From Caldivirga maquilingensis IC-167 (GTDB lineage Archaea > Thermoproteota > Thermoprotei > Thermoproteales > Thermocladiaceae), in the NCBI RefSeq assembly GCF_000018305.1, contig NC_009954.1, positions 1,050,001 to 1,082,000 on the forward strand: a stretch of 32,000 nucleotides of DNA, given 5' to 3'. Shown one piece after another: positions 1 through 9,693 of the stretch; the first letter of the stretch is position 1; every line of letters begins with the position of its first letter. Position numbers and translations under genes: made by a program. The notes beneath the pieces are model-generated. The model worked only from the letters and a program-made list of their open reading frames with translations, was not told the DNA's origin and did not search any database.

Positions 1-82
1 ACCGTAGGTTAATCAATATGACTAGGCAGCTTCATTAAGCGTGAGTCCTCGTTACTCATCCTATTAAGCCTAGGTTAATTAC

Positions 83-922
83 CTAAGCCATGGTGTTGCC
101 GTACTTAAGTAGCATATCCCTCATTTTTAATGCATCCTGCTCCAGTAGGGGTGATTCACATATTATTGTTATATCCAAATCCTCCTTAGCCAATTCCTGG
201 GCTAAAGGTTCAAAGGGTGGGTTATTAGTGTCTATTGGTTCATGTTCATCAACCCACTCCCCCCTCCTATACTTAACGGCGGTGAAGTGGGTGTGCATTG
301 GTTGATTACCGAAGTACTCCCTCCACATGTTTAATATAGCCTTATAATCTATACTTCCCCCATTCCTAGCATATATGTGTCCCCAATCCACCACAGCCAC
401 CACTTGAGGGTTATTGATCTCCTTAACAAGCTTAAAAGTCTCCTCAAGTCCACCGAATTGGCTCCTCCTAGCCATTACCTCTAAGCCAAGTTTAACGTGG
501 CTAATCCCCTCCTTACCCATTAATTCAATTACCCTCATTACGGATTCCCTCACTGCATTATAGCATCCCTCAGGGCCTAATTTACCGTAGTAGGCTGGGT
601 GGAAGACCACTACCGTAGCCCCCATAGCCTCCCCCCTCTCCAGGGATTCCATCAGCCTCTTAATGCTTGCCTCAACGGTACTATCCTTATCACTGCATAG
701 GTTTATGAAGTATGGTGCGTGAATCGATAACCTAACCCCAATTTCCCTAGCCAATTTCCCAGCATTCTCAGCGTCAGTGATACTCATTCTAACTCCCCTA
801 ACGAACTCAACCTCCATGGCGTTTAACCCAATATCTTTAACATACTTAATCCCATCCAATGTACTCCTCTTACCCTTTAAACCCATTGGTACTCCAGCCG
901 GCCCCACGTAGACTTTAGCCAT
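83..922 (-). CDS. nfo: Endonuclease IV-type AP endonuclease (TIM barrel, AP endonuclease family 2)
   Basis: 279-aa ORF. Candidate metal ligands occur in order: SIHAPY (H68), VFHPA (H108), GLEVM (E148), VDWGH (D179, H182), HTHF (H210/H212), DEHEP (D225, H227) and CESP (E256). Their order and spacing match the nine-ligand trinuclear metal site of the endonuclease IV family. Confidence 0.8.
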   Translation of the reverse strand: MAKVYVGPAGVPMGLKGKRSTLDGIKYVKDIGLNAMEVEFVRGVRMSITDAENAGKLAREIGVRLSIHAPYFINLCSDKDSTVEASIKRLMESLERGEAMGATVVVFHPAYYGKLGPEGCYNAVRESVMRVIELMGKEGISHVKLGLEVMARRSQFGGLEETFKLVKEINNPQVVAVVDWGHIYARNGGSIDYKAILNMWREYFGNQPMHTHFTAVKYRRGEWVDEHEPIDTNNPPFEPLAQELAKEDLDITIICESPLLEQDALKMRDMLLKYGNTMA

Positions 923-983
923 TTAGGCAAATTCAGGCTTTGTACTTTTAATTATTTTGCCCGAGACGCATTAAGGGTAGTTG

Positions 984-2351
984 TTAGGTAAGCCAGTGAG
1001 GCCTCTTACCCATGAAGGTTAACGCAATGCCCCTTAACTCCACTGGTAGCTCATTAACTTGACTAGCATCACGTAGTAAAACTACACGACCCTTAAGTAG
1101 GGAATCCTTAACAACACTGCCTCTAACAGTCTTAAGACTCTTGGCCACGGCTTCCTTAATACTCTTAATCCTTCTAGGCCTAATCACAAACCACCTTCCA
1201 TTCCTTATGAATGGGCCAACCACATTACTGGCGTTAAGGTACTTCTCAATGAATGCCTCAGCCTCATCAGTCCAAACAGGGGGACCCATGTGTATTTCAT
1301 ACTCAGGTAACTCAGGTTCCTCAACAGTAAGCATTACTACAATGTAATTGTCCTGCGGCGTATAGAGGCCTATGTCAATTGGTTTAAAGCCACTGCTACT
1401 CACAGTACTCCATATTGTTGATGCAATCCTCCTTAATTGACCCCAAATAATATCCTCCACGTAACCCTTAGGGTACTCACCATACAGGATTAATGTTGGT
1501 GTGGTTAGTGTTAATGATTCTGAGGGTGATTGAGCACTGTTGGTGAAGAAAACCATGCTTGGTTTCTTAAGGAAACGCCTGGATGCTGCTATGAAGATCG
1601 CCATTGAGTCTAGGGAGACGGCTGCAGCAGCATTCCTACCTGGGTCAACTGGATCAATGACAACTAATGGTGCATTAAAGTTAACTTGCTTTGATGGTTC
1701 AAGAATTATCTTAACCTTGAATGGGATCCACCTTGAGGCTGCCTTAAGAGTATTTATGAAGCCCCCGTAGGCTAACGTGATTAATTCAGTCAAGTAACCG
1801 CTGAAGCCTTGAACCTTAACCTCGGCGCCATAGACGTTAATCCTCTTCATCATTAACTTAAGTAACCTAACATCATCCTCAAGGCCACTTAACCTACCCC
1901 TTAAGTAAAGTGTGTGGAGGGGGGTTCTATCAGCGGCTGTTACTGGTTTTTCACCAGGCCTAATCCTAATGCATGGAACTACGTCAATGTTAAAGCCATT
2001 GTAGGTTAACGTTAAGTAGGGGTGTTGAGCGTAATTCATGACCCAGCTTATACCCATTTCTGAAATCGCCGCGGCTAGGCTCCTCACCAATTCCCCTGAC
2101 TTAACAAGGTTAATGTACTTCTCATTGTGTGGGAAAATTAAGAAAACATCAATATCCCTATCCCCAGGTAGCCAAGTACCGTGGGCAATAGAACCCTGTA
2201 AAGTAACCTCAGCCTCAAGGCCTAATTTATGCAGCATCCCCTCAAGTATATGCATTACCTCTGAGGCAGTATCGTTAATTACCTTAACCTCACTCTGACT
2301 GGGGGTAACGATCCTAAGGGCCTCCTTAACAATATCCTCAACATTAGGCAC
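984..2351 (-). CDS. cca: Archaeal CCA-adding tRNA nucleotidyltransferase
   Basis: 455-aa ORF. It has an N-terminal pol-beta-type nucleotidyltransferase motif (GSIAHGTWLPGDRDIDVFLIF) followed by a long body/tail region. Length and layout are typical of archaeal class I CCA enzymes. Confidence 0.85.
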   Translation of the reverse strand: MPNVEDIVKEALRIVTPSQSEVKVINDTASEVMHILEGMLHKLGLEAEVTLQGSIAHGTWLPGDRDIDVFLIFPHNEKYINLVKSGELVRSLAAAISEMGISWVMNYAQHPYLTLTYNGFNIDVVPCIRIRPGEKPVTAADRTPLHTLYLRGRLSGLEDDVRLLKLMMKRINVYGAEVKVQGFSGYLTELITLAYGGFINTLKAASRWIPFKVKIILEPSKQVNFNAPLVVIDPVDPGRNAAAAVSLDSMAIFIAASRRFLKKPSMVFFTNSAQSPSESLTLTTPTLILYGEYPKGYVEDIIWGQLRRIASTIWSTVSSSGFKPIDIGLYTPQDNYIVVMLTVEEPELPEYEIHMGPPVWTDEAEAFIEKYLNASNVVGPFIRNGRWFVIRPRRIKSIKEAVAKSLKTVRGSVVKDSLLKGRVVLLRDASQVNELPVELRGIALTFMGKRPHWLT

Positions 2352-2401
2352 ATTAATTCACCAATAATCGCTTTTAATCCCTTACCGAATCACTGCGGTG
2401 A

Positions 2402-3148
2402 TTAACCCTTAACCTTATTATTAAAGACACCTTGCTCGTTAATCGCCTTATCAGCCTCCTCAAGATCCTTAAGGGTATCTATGGACTTCCAGTAGACGTC
2501 ATTGTACGTAATACCTATGAGTTTCTTATCCTTAGCCAACCTAGGGAATGTGTAAACCTCAATATCACCCTTCTCCGGTAAGTAATCCCTTATTGACGTT
2601 CTTAAAGCGTACACACCTGCATTAATTAAGTAAGGTAACTGGGGTTTCTCCTGGAAGTTTAATATGAAGCCATCCTCATCAACCTGAACTATACCGTATG
2701 GGCTCTTAAGTGGTGTTAATGCAATGGCCCCAATAACACCCCTTTGAAGGGAATCCATGAGTTTACCTATCCTTAAGTTGGTTATTACATCACCGTTAAC
2801 AACAATGAAGCCATCATCATTAATGTACTTTAACGCATTCCTAACAGCGCCACCGGTTCCAAGCGGTTCCCTTTCAACACTGTAGTAAACCCTAACACCG
2901 AATTGTGAACCATCCCCAATGTAGTCAAATATCTTACCACCCAGGTAACCGACGGCTAAAATAATATCAGTAACCCCCTGTTCCCTTAACCAATCTATCT
3001 GCCATGCCAGTATTGGCCTACCAGCAACCTCAACAAGGGGCTTGGGTCTATCATCAGTAAGTGGTCTAAGCCTCTTCCCAAATCCACCCGCAAGGATTAC
3101 GGCGAACATTGCCATTAAGTTTACTGCATCAGTGAGGGTTATTAACAA
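2402..3148 (-). CDS. Sugar-phosphate nucleotidyltransferase (NTP-transferase family, G1P-thymidylyl / M1P-guanylyl-transferase-like)
   Basis: The AVILAGGFGKRLRPLTDDRPKPLVEV signature lies near the N-terminus, with GTGGA and INAGVY stretches further on. The true start may be the internal Met at 3115 or 3109, just before the glycine-rich loop. Confidence 0.8.
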   Translation of the reverse strand: MLITLTDAVNLMAMFAVILAGGFGKRLRPLTDDRPKPLVEVAGRPILAWQIDWLREQGVTDIILAVGYLGGKIFDYIGDGSQFGVRVYYSVEREPLGTGGAVRNALKYINDDGFIVVNGDVITNLRIGKLMDSLQRGVIGAIALTPLKSPYGIVQVDEDGFILNFQEKPQLPYLINAGVYALRTSIRDYLPEKGDIEVYTFPRLAKDKKLIGITYNDVYWKSIDTLKDLEEADKAINEQGVFNNKVKG

Positions 3149-3236
3149 TTACCACATGGTTAAGTACTAGGACTGTGGCTTATTTAACATGAGGCTAGTA
3201 AAATTACTTCATAAGGCGTAAATTAATTCTCTTAAA

Positions 3237-3785
3237 TCATTGAGCCTTAACCCTATGTATCTTAATCATGCACTTCTCGCAGACCAGTATCTCCTCGATC
3301 ACTGGTTCCTCATATATTAGTGACTTGTGTGCATGCCTATACTTGATGAACATTTGGGACCCGCATTGCGGGCACGGTCCATCAGGTTCATTAATGCTTG
3401 ATACCTTTGAGGAGAATGTTGTTAAGGCTAGGTTAAGGGTCTCCTCAAGTCTCTCCCCAAGCCTGTAAATATCCACTGCGTAAACCTTAACGTTAAGGTG
3501 TATTCCATTCCAAACCCTAACAGTATCAATGAGCTTACTGACTTCATCAGCTAGGTAAAAGGCCCTGTATGAAACAATTATAATGCCATCAACCTTACTC
3601 AACCCCATCTCCTCAACAAACTTAACAGGGTCATCTATGAGTAGGTAATCCTCATTAGGCAACCAAATAAGCATACTTAATGAACCAGACTTAGCAATGT
3701 ACGCCTCATCATTAAGCCTACTTAGGGTAAACCCCCTCTCCTCCATTATTTTACTTAAATCCTCAATAACCTCCCCCTTCTCCAC
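3237..3785 (-). CDS. Hypothetical protein with C-terminal zinc ribbon
   Basis: 182-aa ORF with host-like codon usage and tight packing between flanking genes. The C-terminal CPQCG ... CEKC four-Cys pattern suggests a zinc ribbon. I do not recognise the N-terminal domain. Confidence 0.55.
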   Translation of the reverse strand: MEKGEVIEDLSKIMEERGFTLSRLNDEAYIAKSGSLSMLIWLPNEDYLLIDDPVKFVEEMGLSKVDGIIIVSYRAFYLADEVSKLIDTVRVWNGIHLNVKVYAVDIYRLGERLEETLNLALTTFSSKVSSINEPDGPCPQCGSQMFIKYRHAHKSLIYEEPVIEEILVCEKCMIKIHRVKAQ

Positions 3786-3856
3786 GGCTTAAGCGCTACT
3801 TTAATCAGTTTAAAAGCTTGTACTTATACCTAATACTAGGCTTAACGTTGAATAGT

Positions 3857-4624
3857 TTACGTAGCCTCAATTCTAGTGCATCCCCTGGGTTCCCCACCGG
3901 TGAGGATTAGGCTTATGGATTCCTGGTCCATTACTGAGCATAAGTATGTTTGAACACTCATCTCAGCTAATTCAATGGCATGCTTAAGCTTACCCATTAA
4001 CCCCCCAGTGGCATCAACTCCACTACTACTGTATGATATGCTGGTGCTTGGCTTAAACACCCTAATTAACTCACCCCTCCTAGGTCCCTCGCTGTAAACT
4101 CCCTCAACATCCATTAGGAATAATGCGTACCTTGGCTTAAGCCGCTTAGCTAACTCAACCATTATCTCATCACCACTCAGTATACTGAAGCCTAATTCAT
4201 AATCATGAATCACGTCACCGTAGAAGACTGGGATAATCCTCATTCCCACTAGTCTCCTCACTAAGTCTACTACGTCACCACTTAACTTAAGTCCACTTAA
4301 TGTCCTCATGAACACCGCCCCAGTTCTTATCGTGTAGGTGGGTAACCCCAGCTTGGAGAATATTGATGTTATCCTCTCATTAAGTAGGCTTAATGTTAAT
4401 GACGTTAATGATACACCGATTAATTGCGCATCATCCCTAATCCCCTTATCCAACCCATAAGCCTTAGCCACAGGGTGGGCGAAGGATCCACCTCCATGTA
4501 TTAATACAGGTGTAATGCCGTGTTGCTTAATTAATAATGCTAGGTTTCGCACCGGTTCCTCATGGAATGATAATGGCTTAGCCTTATTACTGAATGCTGA
4601 TCCACCCAGCTTAATTAATATCAT
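3857..4624 (-). CDS. Isopentenyl phosphate kinase (amino acid kinase fold)
   Basis: The N-terminus MILIKLGGSAFSNK ... VLIHGGGSFAHPVAKAYGL matches the IPK glycine-rich and His-containing motifs. The 255-aa length is typical of the archaeal mevalonate-pathway IPK. Confidence 0.8.
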   Translation of the reverse strand: MILIKLGGSAFSNKAKPLSFHEEPVRNLALLIKQHGITPVLIHGGGSFAHPVAKAYGLDKGIRDDAQLIGVSLTSLTLSLLNERITSIFSKLGLPTYTIRTGAVFMRTLSGLKLSGDVVDLVRRLVGMRIIPVFYGDVIHDYELGFSILSGDEIMVELAKRLKPRYALFLMDVEGVYSEGPRRGELIRVFKPSTSISYSSSGVDATGGLMGKLKHAIELAEMSVQTYLCSVMDQESISLILTGGEPRGCTRIEAT

Positions 4625-4706
4625 TGCATTTACGCTTATTATCAGCTTTTAAGCAGTATCCCATAATTATGACCCTTACTCCTCAAAACCTAAGCGTTGA
4701 GGCTAG

Positions 4707-5984
4707 TTAACTCTTCTCTCTGATTCTCAAGGCAATATATGTGATTACAATTATTAATACGATAACGATTATAATGATTATAGGCCATTGCACCTGCACA
4801 AGTCCAGTGCCTGGTTTAATGCTAGGTGCCTTAAATGCAATTGGTTGCCGTGAACCAGCTATTATAGCGTATAACTGCACCATTGCAGCAGTCCATATTT
4901 CCGCATCATCAGGATTCACTGAATTCAATGGTTGACCCATTGTTATTAATCCAGTTTCAGGATCCCTATAGGTTATCCACGTATCATTAACATACGTTAA
5001 GAGTAGGTTCCAGTACATTTTAGAGAGCGTGTTATTACGGCTTATCTCAATGACCTTTTCAAGGCTTCTGAAGTATATTGCATTGAATTCAGGCGGCTGC
5101 GAGTATATGGCTCCCTGGCTAAAGTAGCTTAAGGATGCGTATGCGGAGTCTTCAGCTAGAACCAGGTATGACTCATTATGGGTTGCTTCATATATTAATG
5201 CCGCCGCTGCGGCTGTGGTGCCTTGGTTATAGCTCCATATTGTTTCATCAATGGTACCATCTGGGTTAATGTGATCATAATATAGTCCACTAGGTGACCT
5301 TAAGCATTGATTAACCCAGTTAAGGATCCTAATAGCCCACTTCAAGTAACTTGGGTTACCGGTTATTAGGTATAATTCAGCAGCAGCCTCAGCGGCTGGG
5401 GAATTGGATACAGTGTTCCTTGATAAGTCACCAACCCTCCAGTATATTCCACCAGGGCACCTTAATGACTCATTGGTACTCCACCCACTGATTATGAAGT
5501 TGAATAACTCCTCAGCCCTCCTCAAGTACCTAGTATTATTGGTCGCCAGGTACATTTTTATTAATGCTAACGTAACCCACTCATTATCATCATAATAAGT
5601 GTCACCACCTGGACCAATGGGTGGTGTTACAGCGGACTCATACCCTGATGATGGGTTAAGTGGATTAGAGTAATGACTTAAACCTAAGTAGTATTGATTA
5701 AATAGATTCGTGAAGTTACCTAAACCAGGTGTTAGGGATAAGTAAACTAATGCTGATAAAATCTGTGAGTAAGTCCAAAGGCAACTATAATCCCCACAGG
5801 TGGAGCCTTTATATAGATTTAGGGAATTCACGTAGTAGTGGTCTTGGAGGGCATTAAAGGTGGCTACAGCCCTCTTGGAGTAAAGCTCAATTAAGCTTAT
5901 TGATGATGCATTATACAGGTTAAGTAAGCTCAGCACTATTAACGCCAGTGCAAGTAACGTGAGTAAGGTTAGCTTACCTACCAT
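4707..5984 (-). CDS. Glycoside hydrolase family 76-like protein (alpha-1,6-mannanase family), membrane-tethered
   Basis: Contains YYDDNEWVTLALIKMY, GGIYWRV, SNSPAAEAAAELYLITGNPSYLKWA and SYNQGTTAAAAALIYEATHNESYL. It has an N-terminal hydrophobic segment and a C-terminal hydrophobic anchor (WPIIIIIVIVLIIVITYIAL followed by RIREKS). Seven N-x-S/T sequons were counted by eye. Confidence 0.7.
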   Translation of the reverse strand: MVGKLTLLTLLALALIVLSLLNLYNASSISLIELYSKRAVATFNALQDHYYVNSLNLYKGSTCGDYSCLWTYSQILSALVYLSLTPGLGNFTNLFNQYYLGLSHYSNPLNPSSGYESAVTPPIGPGGDTYYDDNEWVTLALIKMYLATNNTRYLRRAEELFNFIISGWSTNESLRCPGGIYWRVGDLSRNTVSNSPAAEAAAELYLITGNPSYLKWAIRILNWVNQCLRSPSGLYYDHINPDGTIDETIWSYNQGTTAAAAALIYEATHNESYLVLAEDSAYASLSYFSQGAIYSQPPEFNAIYFRSLEKVIEISRNNTLSKMYWNLLLTYVNDTWITYRDPETGLITMGQPLNSVNPDDAEIWTAAMVQLYAIIAGSRQPIAFKAPSIKPGTGLVQVQWPIIIIIVIVLIIVITYIALRIREKS

Positions 5985-6090
5985 GATTCATTATCATTAA
6001 GTATACTTATTAAGTTTTACTAGTAAGAAATCATGCTTCTCATTAAGGGTTAATTAATGTGATGGATTAGTTAAGAAACCGGTATTGGTT

Positions 6091-7359
6091 TCATTCAATT
6101 ATTTTGCCGATTAAGTTTATTGATGAGGCCCCAGTTACCTTAATTTTCACGAATGAGCCTAAGTCACCCTCATTAATGATAACTGGCCTATAGTCCATTA
6201 ACCTAGCCATAAGTCCCCTACCCTTAAACCCAATTGAGCTAATTAACCCCTCGTAGGTGCCGCCAACGTACTCAAGGTTCCTGGAATACGCCACCTCAAG
6301 GGCCACCTTACTTAACATGCTGCTCCTCTGCTTCTTAACCTGATCAGGTACTTGACGCATGTAAGCAGCCTCAGTGAATGGTCTTGGGCTATATCTGGCG
6401 ACATGAACCTTATCAATACCTAGTTCCCTAATCAACCTAACGCTCTCCTGGAAATCAGAATCATCCTCCCCAGGGTGGCCAACTATGATGTCTGTGGCTA
6501 TGAATGAGTTACGGAAGCTCCTCCTAATTAACTCCACTTCCCGTTTAAACAAATCCACAGTGTACTTACGCTTCATTAATCTAAGCACCTTATCACTACC
6601 GCTTTGCACAGGTATGTGGAAGAACCTGTAGATTCTCCAGTCATTCTTAATTACATCAATTAACCTATGTATCATCCCCTCAAGCTCCAGTGGCTCAAGC
6701 ATACCTAACCTAATCAAGTACCTTCCCTCAACATCCCTCAATACTGCCTCAAGTAAGTCAACTAAGTCATAACCCTTATCCTTACCGTACGCTGAAATCT
6801 CCTGTCCAGTTAAGTAAATCTCCCTAGCACCCCTTGCCACTGCCTTGGCTATGGATTCCTTAACCACGCTTAAATCAGCGCTCTTAACCCAACCCATACC
6901 ACCCCTAGTGTATTTGATAACGCAGTATGAGCAGTTACCAAGGCAACCAACTTGAATAGGCACAACGTAAACGTGGCTTGATTCATAGTACTTAGGAATC
7001 CTAACCATTAACCTCTCAGTTAAATTAACACCACCCTTTAACAACTCGGCCAAATTTTCAACGGAACTTGGATTCACTATTAATGCGTCAGGGGCTAGTC
7101 TCATTATTTCACTGGGCCTTGCCTTAGTTAAGCACCCGGCCACTATTAGCTTCTTACCTAACCTAGAGTACTTCTCAATAGCCTTAAGTTCCCTAATCTC
7201 TGAATCCTCCCTAACAGCACATGTATTAACTAGTATTAAGTCTGCTTGAGCAGGATCATTAACCTTAACGTAACCCATTCTCCTTAAATCCTCCTCCATT
7301 AATGCTGAATCAGCCTTATTCAGCCAGCAACCATAAGTCTCAATGTAGTACGTGGGCAC
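6091..7359 (-). CDS. MiaB-like radical-SAM tRNA methylthiotransferase (archaeal MtaB/CDKAL1 type)
   Basis: The N-terminal MTTase domain reads YIETYGCWLNKADS ... NTCAVRE. The radical-SAM CxxxCxxC motif is VGCLGNCSYCVIKYTRG. A C-terminal TRAM-like segment reads SFVKIKVTGASSINLIGKI. Confidence 0.85.
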   Translation of the reverse strand: MPTYYIETYGCWLNKADSALMEEDLRRMGYVKVNDPAQADLILVNTCAVREDSEIRELKAIEKYSRLGKKLIVAGCLTKARPSEIMRLAPDALIVNPSSVENLAELLKGGVNLTERLMVRIPKYYESSHVYVVPIQVGCLGNCSYCVIKYTRGGMGWVKSADLSVVKESIAKAVARGAREIYLTGQEISAYGKDKGYDLVDLLEAVLRDVEGRYLIRLGMLEPLELEGMIHRLIDVIKNDWRIYRFFHIPVQSGSDKVLRLMKRKYTVDLFKREVELIRRSFRNSFIATDIIVGHPGEDDSDFQESVRLIRELGIDKVHVARYSPRPFTEAAYMRQVPDQVKKQRSSMLSKVALEVAYSRNLEYVGGTYEGLISSIGFKGRGLMARLMDYRPVIINEGDLGSFVKIKVTGASSINLIGKIIE

Positions 7360-7412
7360 AATCCCCTATTCATGCTTTATTTAAAAACCTTTAAACACGT
7401 ATTAAAAATCAC

Positions 7413-7775
7413 CTAGTGTCTCTCTGTAACCTTTACTTCGTATGCTTCTCTTACTACTGCTCCTCCTTTTCTTAATTCTTCTATGGCTTTTTGGAAGTGG
7501 CCTTCCTTGGCTTCGTAGATTAGTAGTGCCATGGCTAACTCCTCATTAATAGTGTATAAGTAGGCTAATGTTAGATTCAAACCCAATTCAGCCAAAGCAG
7601 CAGCCAACCTAGCCAAAGCACCAGATTTATTGGGTAGGGCGATGAAGAATATGAACACACCACTAGGAGAAGACAAAATACTCCTATACACATGCCCAAA
7701 CACATTACCAACCTCACTAAGGACACGGCCTAAGGATGCTGAACTATCCCCTTGTATACTTGGGTTACTAAACAT
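7413..7775 (-). CDS. ACT-domain-like small protein
   Basis: 120-aa ORF. The segment VFIFFIALPNKSGALARLAAALAELGLNL resembles the beta-alpha start of ACT ligand-binding domains. A TATA-like AAATTTATTA lies about 30 nt upstream on the minus strand. Confidence 0.5.
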   Translation of the reverse strand: MFSNPSIQGDSSASLGRVLSEVGNVFGHVYRSILSSPSGVFIFFIALPNKSGALARLAAALAELGLNLTLAYLYTINEELAMALLIYEAKEGHFQKAIEELRKGGAVVREAYEVKVTERH

Positions 7776-8014
7776 ATACTAGTGATACCTCGGGTTCTTA
7801 ATAAATTTTATCTATCATATTAAATCTTTAATATTATATTCATGCAGCAGTTAAGAAAGAAATTAAGGGTGTTGATTAATCGAAAGGTAAATTTTGTTCA
7901 TGATTTAGAACTATTTAAGTATAGTATTAGAGGTAATGCATCTCCACTAATTGGGCTATAGTATAATATGCTAAGATTATTGACTTCCCTTGGGATTCGC
8001 GTAAAGACTAAACT

Positions 8015-8359
8015 TCACCTTAAGTATTTATCCTCCCCCTTAAGCCAATCCTCCCTAATTGGACTGTATACATCCACTACTATTGAATCCTCCAGTGCCT
8101 CAACCTCATGCTCCATATTTGAGGGTACGTGAACCACGTCTCCGGCTTCAGCAATGTACTCCTCATTATTTATCCTAAACCTTAACCTGCCTGTTAATAT
8201 TATTGAGAATTGCTCATTAATGTGTGCATGCCTCTTAACCTTGGCGCCTTTCTTAAACATGAATTGTGCAAGGGTCATTCTTTCACCATTAATGTACCTC
8301 CTGGTTGTTAATGCGTTAACCTCTTCCCCCTTAATATTACTTAACCTGTAAAGGGGCAT
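8015..8359 (-). CDS. Cupin-domain protein
   Basis: The two cupin motifs are visible: KRHAHINEQFSIILTG and GDVVHVPSNMEHEV. Confidence 0.8.
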   Translation of the reverse strand: MPLYRLSNIKGEEVNALTTRRYINGERMTLAQFMFKKGAKVKRHAHINEQFSIILTGRLRFRINNEEYIAEAGDVVHVPSNMEHEVEALEDSIVVDVYSPIREDWLKGEDKYLR

Positions 8360-8396
8360 AATTGCGGGTTCAGTACTGGGTTATAAGTATTGTATC

Positions 8397-8621
8397 CTAT
8401 AGGTTGGTTGCGTTAAGTGTAATCTCCATTCCCCTACTCACCCTATCCCCAATACTGTAGCTGGCGTGTCTAACATCTAATTTAGTGAACTTGTAGCCGC
8501 AGTATGGGCATCTTCCCCCAGTCTTCTTGATAAGGAGTTCCCAAATTTCATTATATGGTCTTAGTCTCCTAAACACCATAACCACCCTACTGCAGTTTGT
8601 GCAGTATAGTGCTATGACCAT
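8397..8621 (-). CDS. Small zinc-ribbon protein (hypothetical)
   Basis: 74-aa ORF with CTNC ... CPYC cysteine pairs about 28 residues apart. It lies 37 nt upstream of the cupin gene on the same strand. Confidence 0.5.
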   Translation of the reverse strand: MVIALYCTNCSRVVMVFRRLRPYNEIWELLIKKTGGRCPYCGYKFTKLDVRHASYSIGDRVSRGMEITLNATNL

Positions 8622-8694
8622 GGTTTAGTACTCCCTTAGTCATATATAAGGCTATCGTTACCATATTTAAGATAATATAATACTAGTAAATTAT

Positions 8695-9207
8695 TTAAGT
8701 ATTATCAATGATGAAGCTTATCGTCTCCCTGCCGCCAACTTTAACACCCTCATTAACCCTCACGGTAATGATATTATCCTTAACGTTAACTTCACCAGCC
8801 ATGGATACTTCAGTAACATTACCAGGAAGCCACCACACTATGTCATAGGGATACTCAGTGACCTCCTCCTCATACTCATCCTCATAAGTGTTGACACCAC
8901 TCCTTAGGGATCCTTTAAACGTTATTAGGAATTCAATGAAGGGTAGGTTAACTGTTAATAGCCCAATGTTAACGTGAATTACCTTAGCCTTAACCCTAAC
9001 ACCATTCATCCTAATAACCTCCTCATCAAGGAAACGCTGCATATTACGCCTCAGTAGGCTTAACTCCCTCCTATACCCCTCCTTAGTTAAATTAGCGTAG
9101 TAGTGCTTAGGGTCGGTGTAGTAGAAAACAGTGTACTGCCTAACAGTGCCGTTGAGATCCATTGTGAAGAAACCCTTAGCGTAAATGGGCTTAACCTCCT
9201 CAGACAT
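8695..9207 (-). CDS. Hypothetical protein
   Basis: 170-aa ORF with host-like codon usage and no recognisable motif. It is on the same strand as, and close to, the zinc-ribbon ORF. Confidence 0.5.
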   Translation of the reverse strand: MSEEVKPIYAKGFFTMDLNGTVRQYTVFYYTDPKHYYANLTKEGYRRELSLLRRNMQRFLDEEVIRMNGVRVKAKVIHVNIGLLTVNLPFIEFLITFKGSLRSGVNTYEDEYEEEVTEYPYDIVWWLPGNVTEVSMAGEVNVKDNIITVRVNEGVKVGGRETISFIIDNT

Positions 9208-9267
9208 TACGTCAGTTAAAATAACATGATTATTAAGCTTTTTAGCTAACAGCAGTTACTCTAATCA

Positions 9268-9693
9268 GTGGTCACTGTAACTTTGATTAGTAAGCCTCAG
9301 GCAAGGGTCGGAGGGAACTTTAGAGTAATTAAGATACCTGAGGAGTGTTATAGGTGTAAGCTCTACGGCATATGTATGGGTAGGTTAAGGCCTGGGAGAG
9401 CTTATAGGATTACTGAAGTTAGGCCGCTTAAGTACCCGTCCCCATACAAATGCCTACTTAATGGTGATGAAATGGTGCCTGTGGTTGTAGAGGAGGAGAA
9501 CCTGATATTACCCATTAAGTTACCGTACATTATTGAGGGTTCCATAACCTCCTTCGATAAGTCATGGTGCATATGTCATCCATGCCCCAGTGAAGAGGCT
9601 TTACCAAGTAGGGTGAAGATTATTAAGGTGATTGATAGGAGGCAATGCGGCAGCGGTTGGTTCTTCCTAGTGGAGGCTAAACCACTGGATTAA
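9268..9693 (+). CDS. UPF0179 family protein
   Basis: GTG start. The pattern VTLIS ... EECYRCKLYGICMGRLRPGRAYRITEVRPLKYPSPYKC matches the conserved Cys-rich N-terminal half of archaeal UPF0179 proteins of about 145 aa. Confidence 0.75.
   Translation: MVTVTLISKPQARVGGNFRVIKIPEECYRCKLYGICMGRLRPGRAYRITEVRPLKYPSPYKCLLNGDEMVPVVVEEENLILPIKLPYIIEGSITSFDKSWCICHPCPSEEALPSRVKIIKVIDRRQCGSGWFFLVEAKPLD

Noticed and set aside
7776-8014. A 240-nt AT-rich spacer between two same-strand genes, considered as a replication-origin fragment or an sRNA gene.
   Set aside because: There is only one weak ORB-like half-site (TCTCCAC), with no repeated ORB elements and no C/D box pair on either strand. About 40 nt are explained by the promoter of the ACT-domain gene. 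The rest remains unexplained, but without positive evidence.
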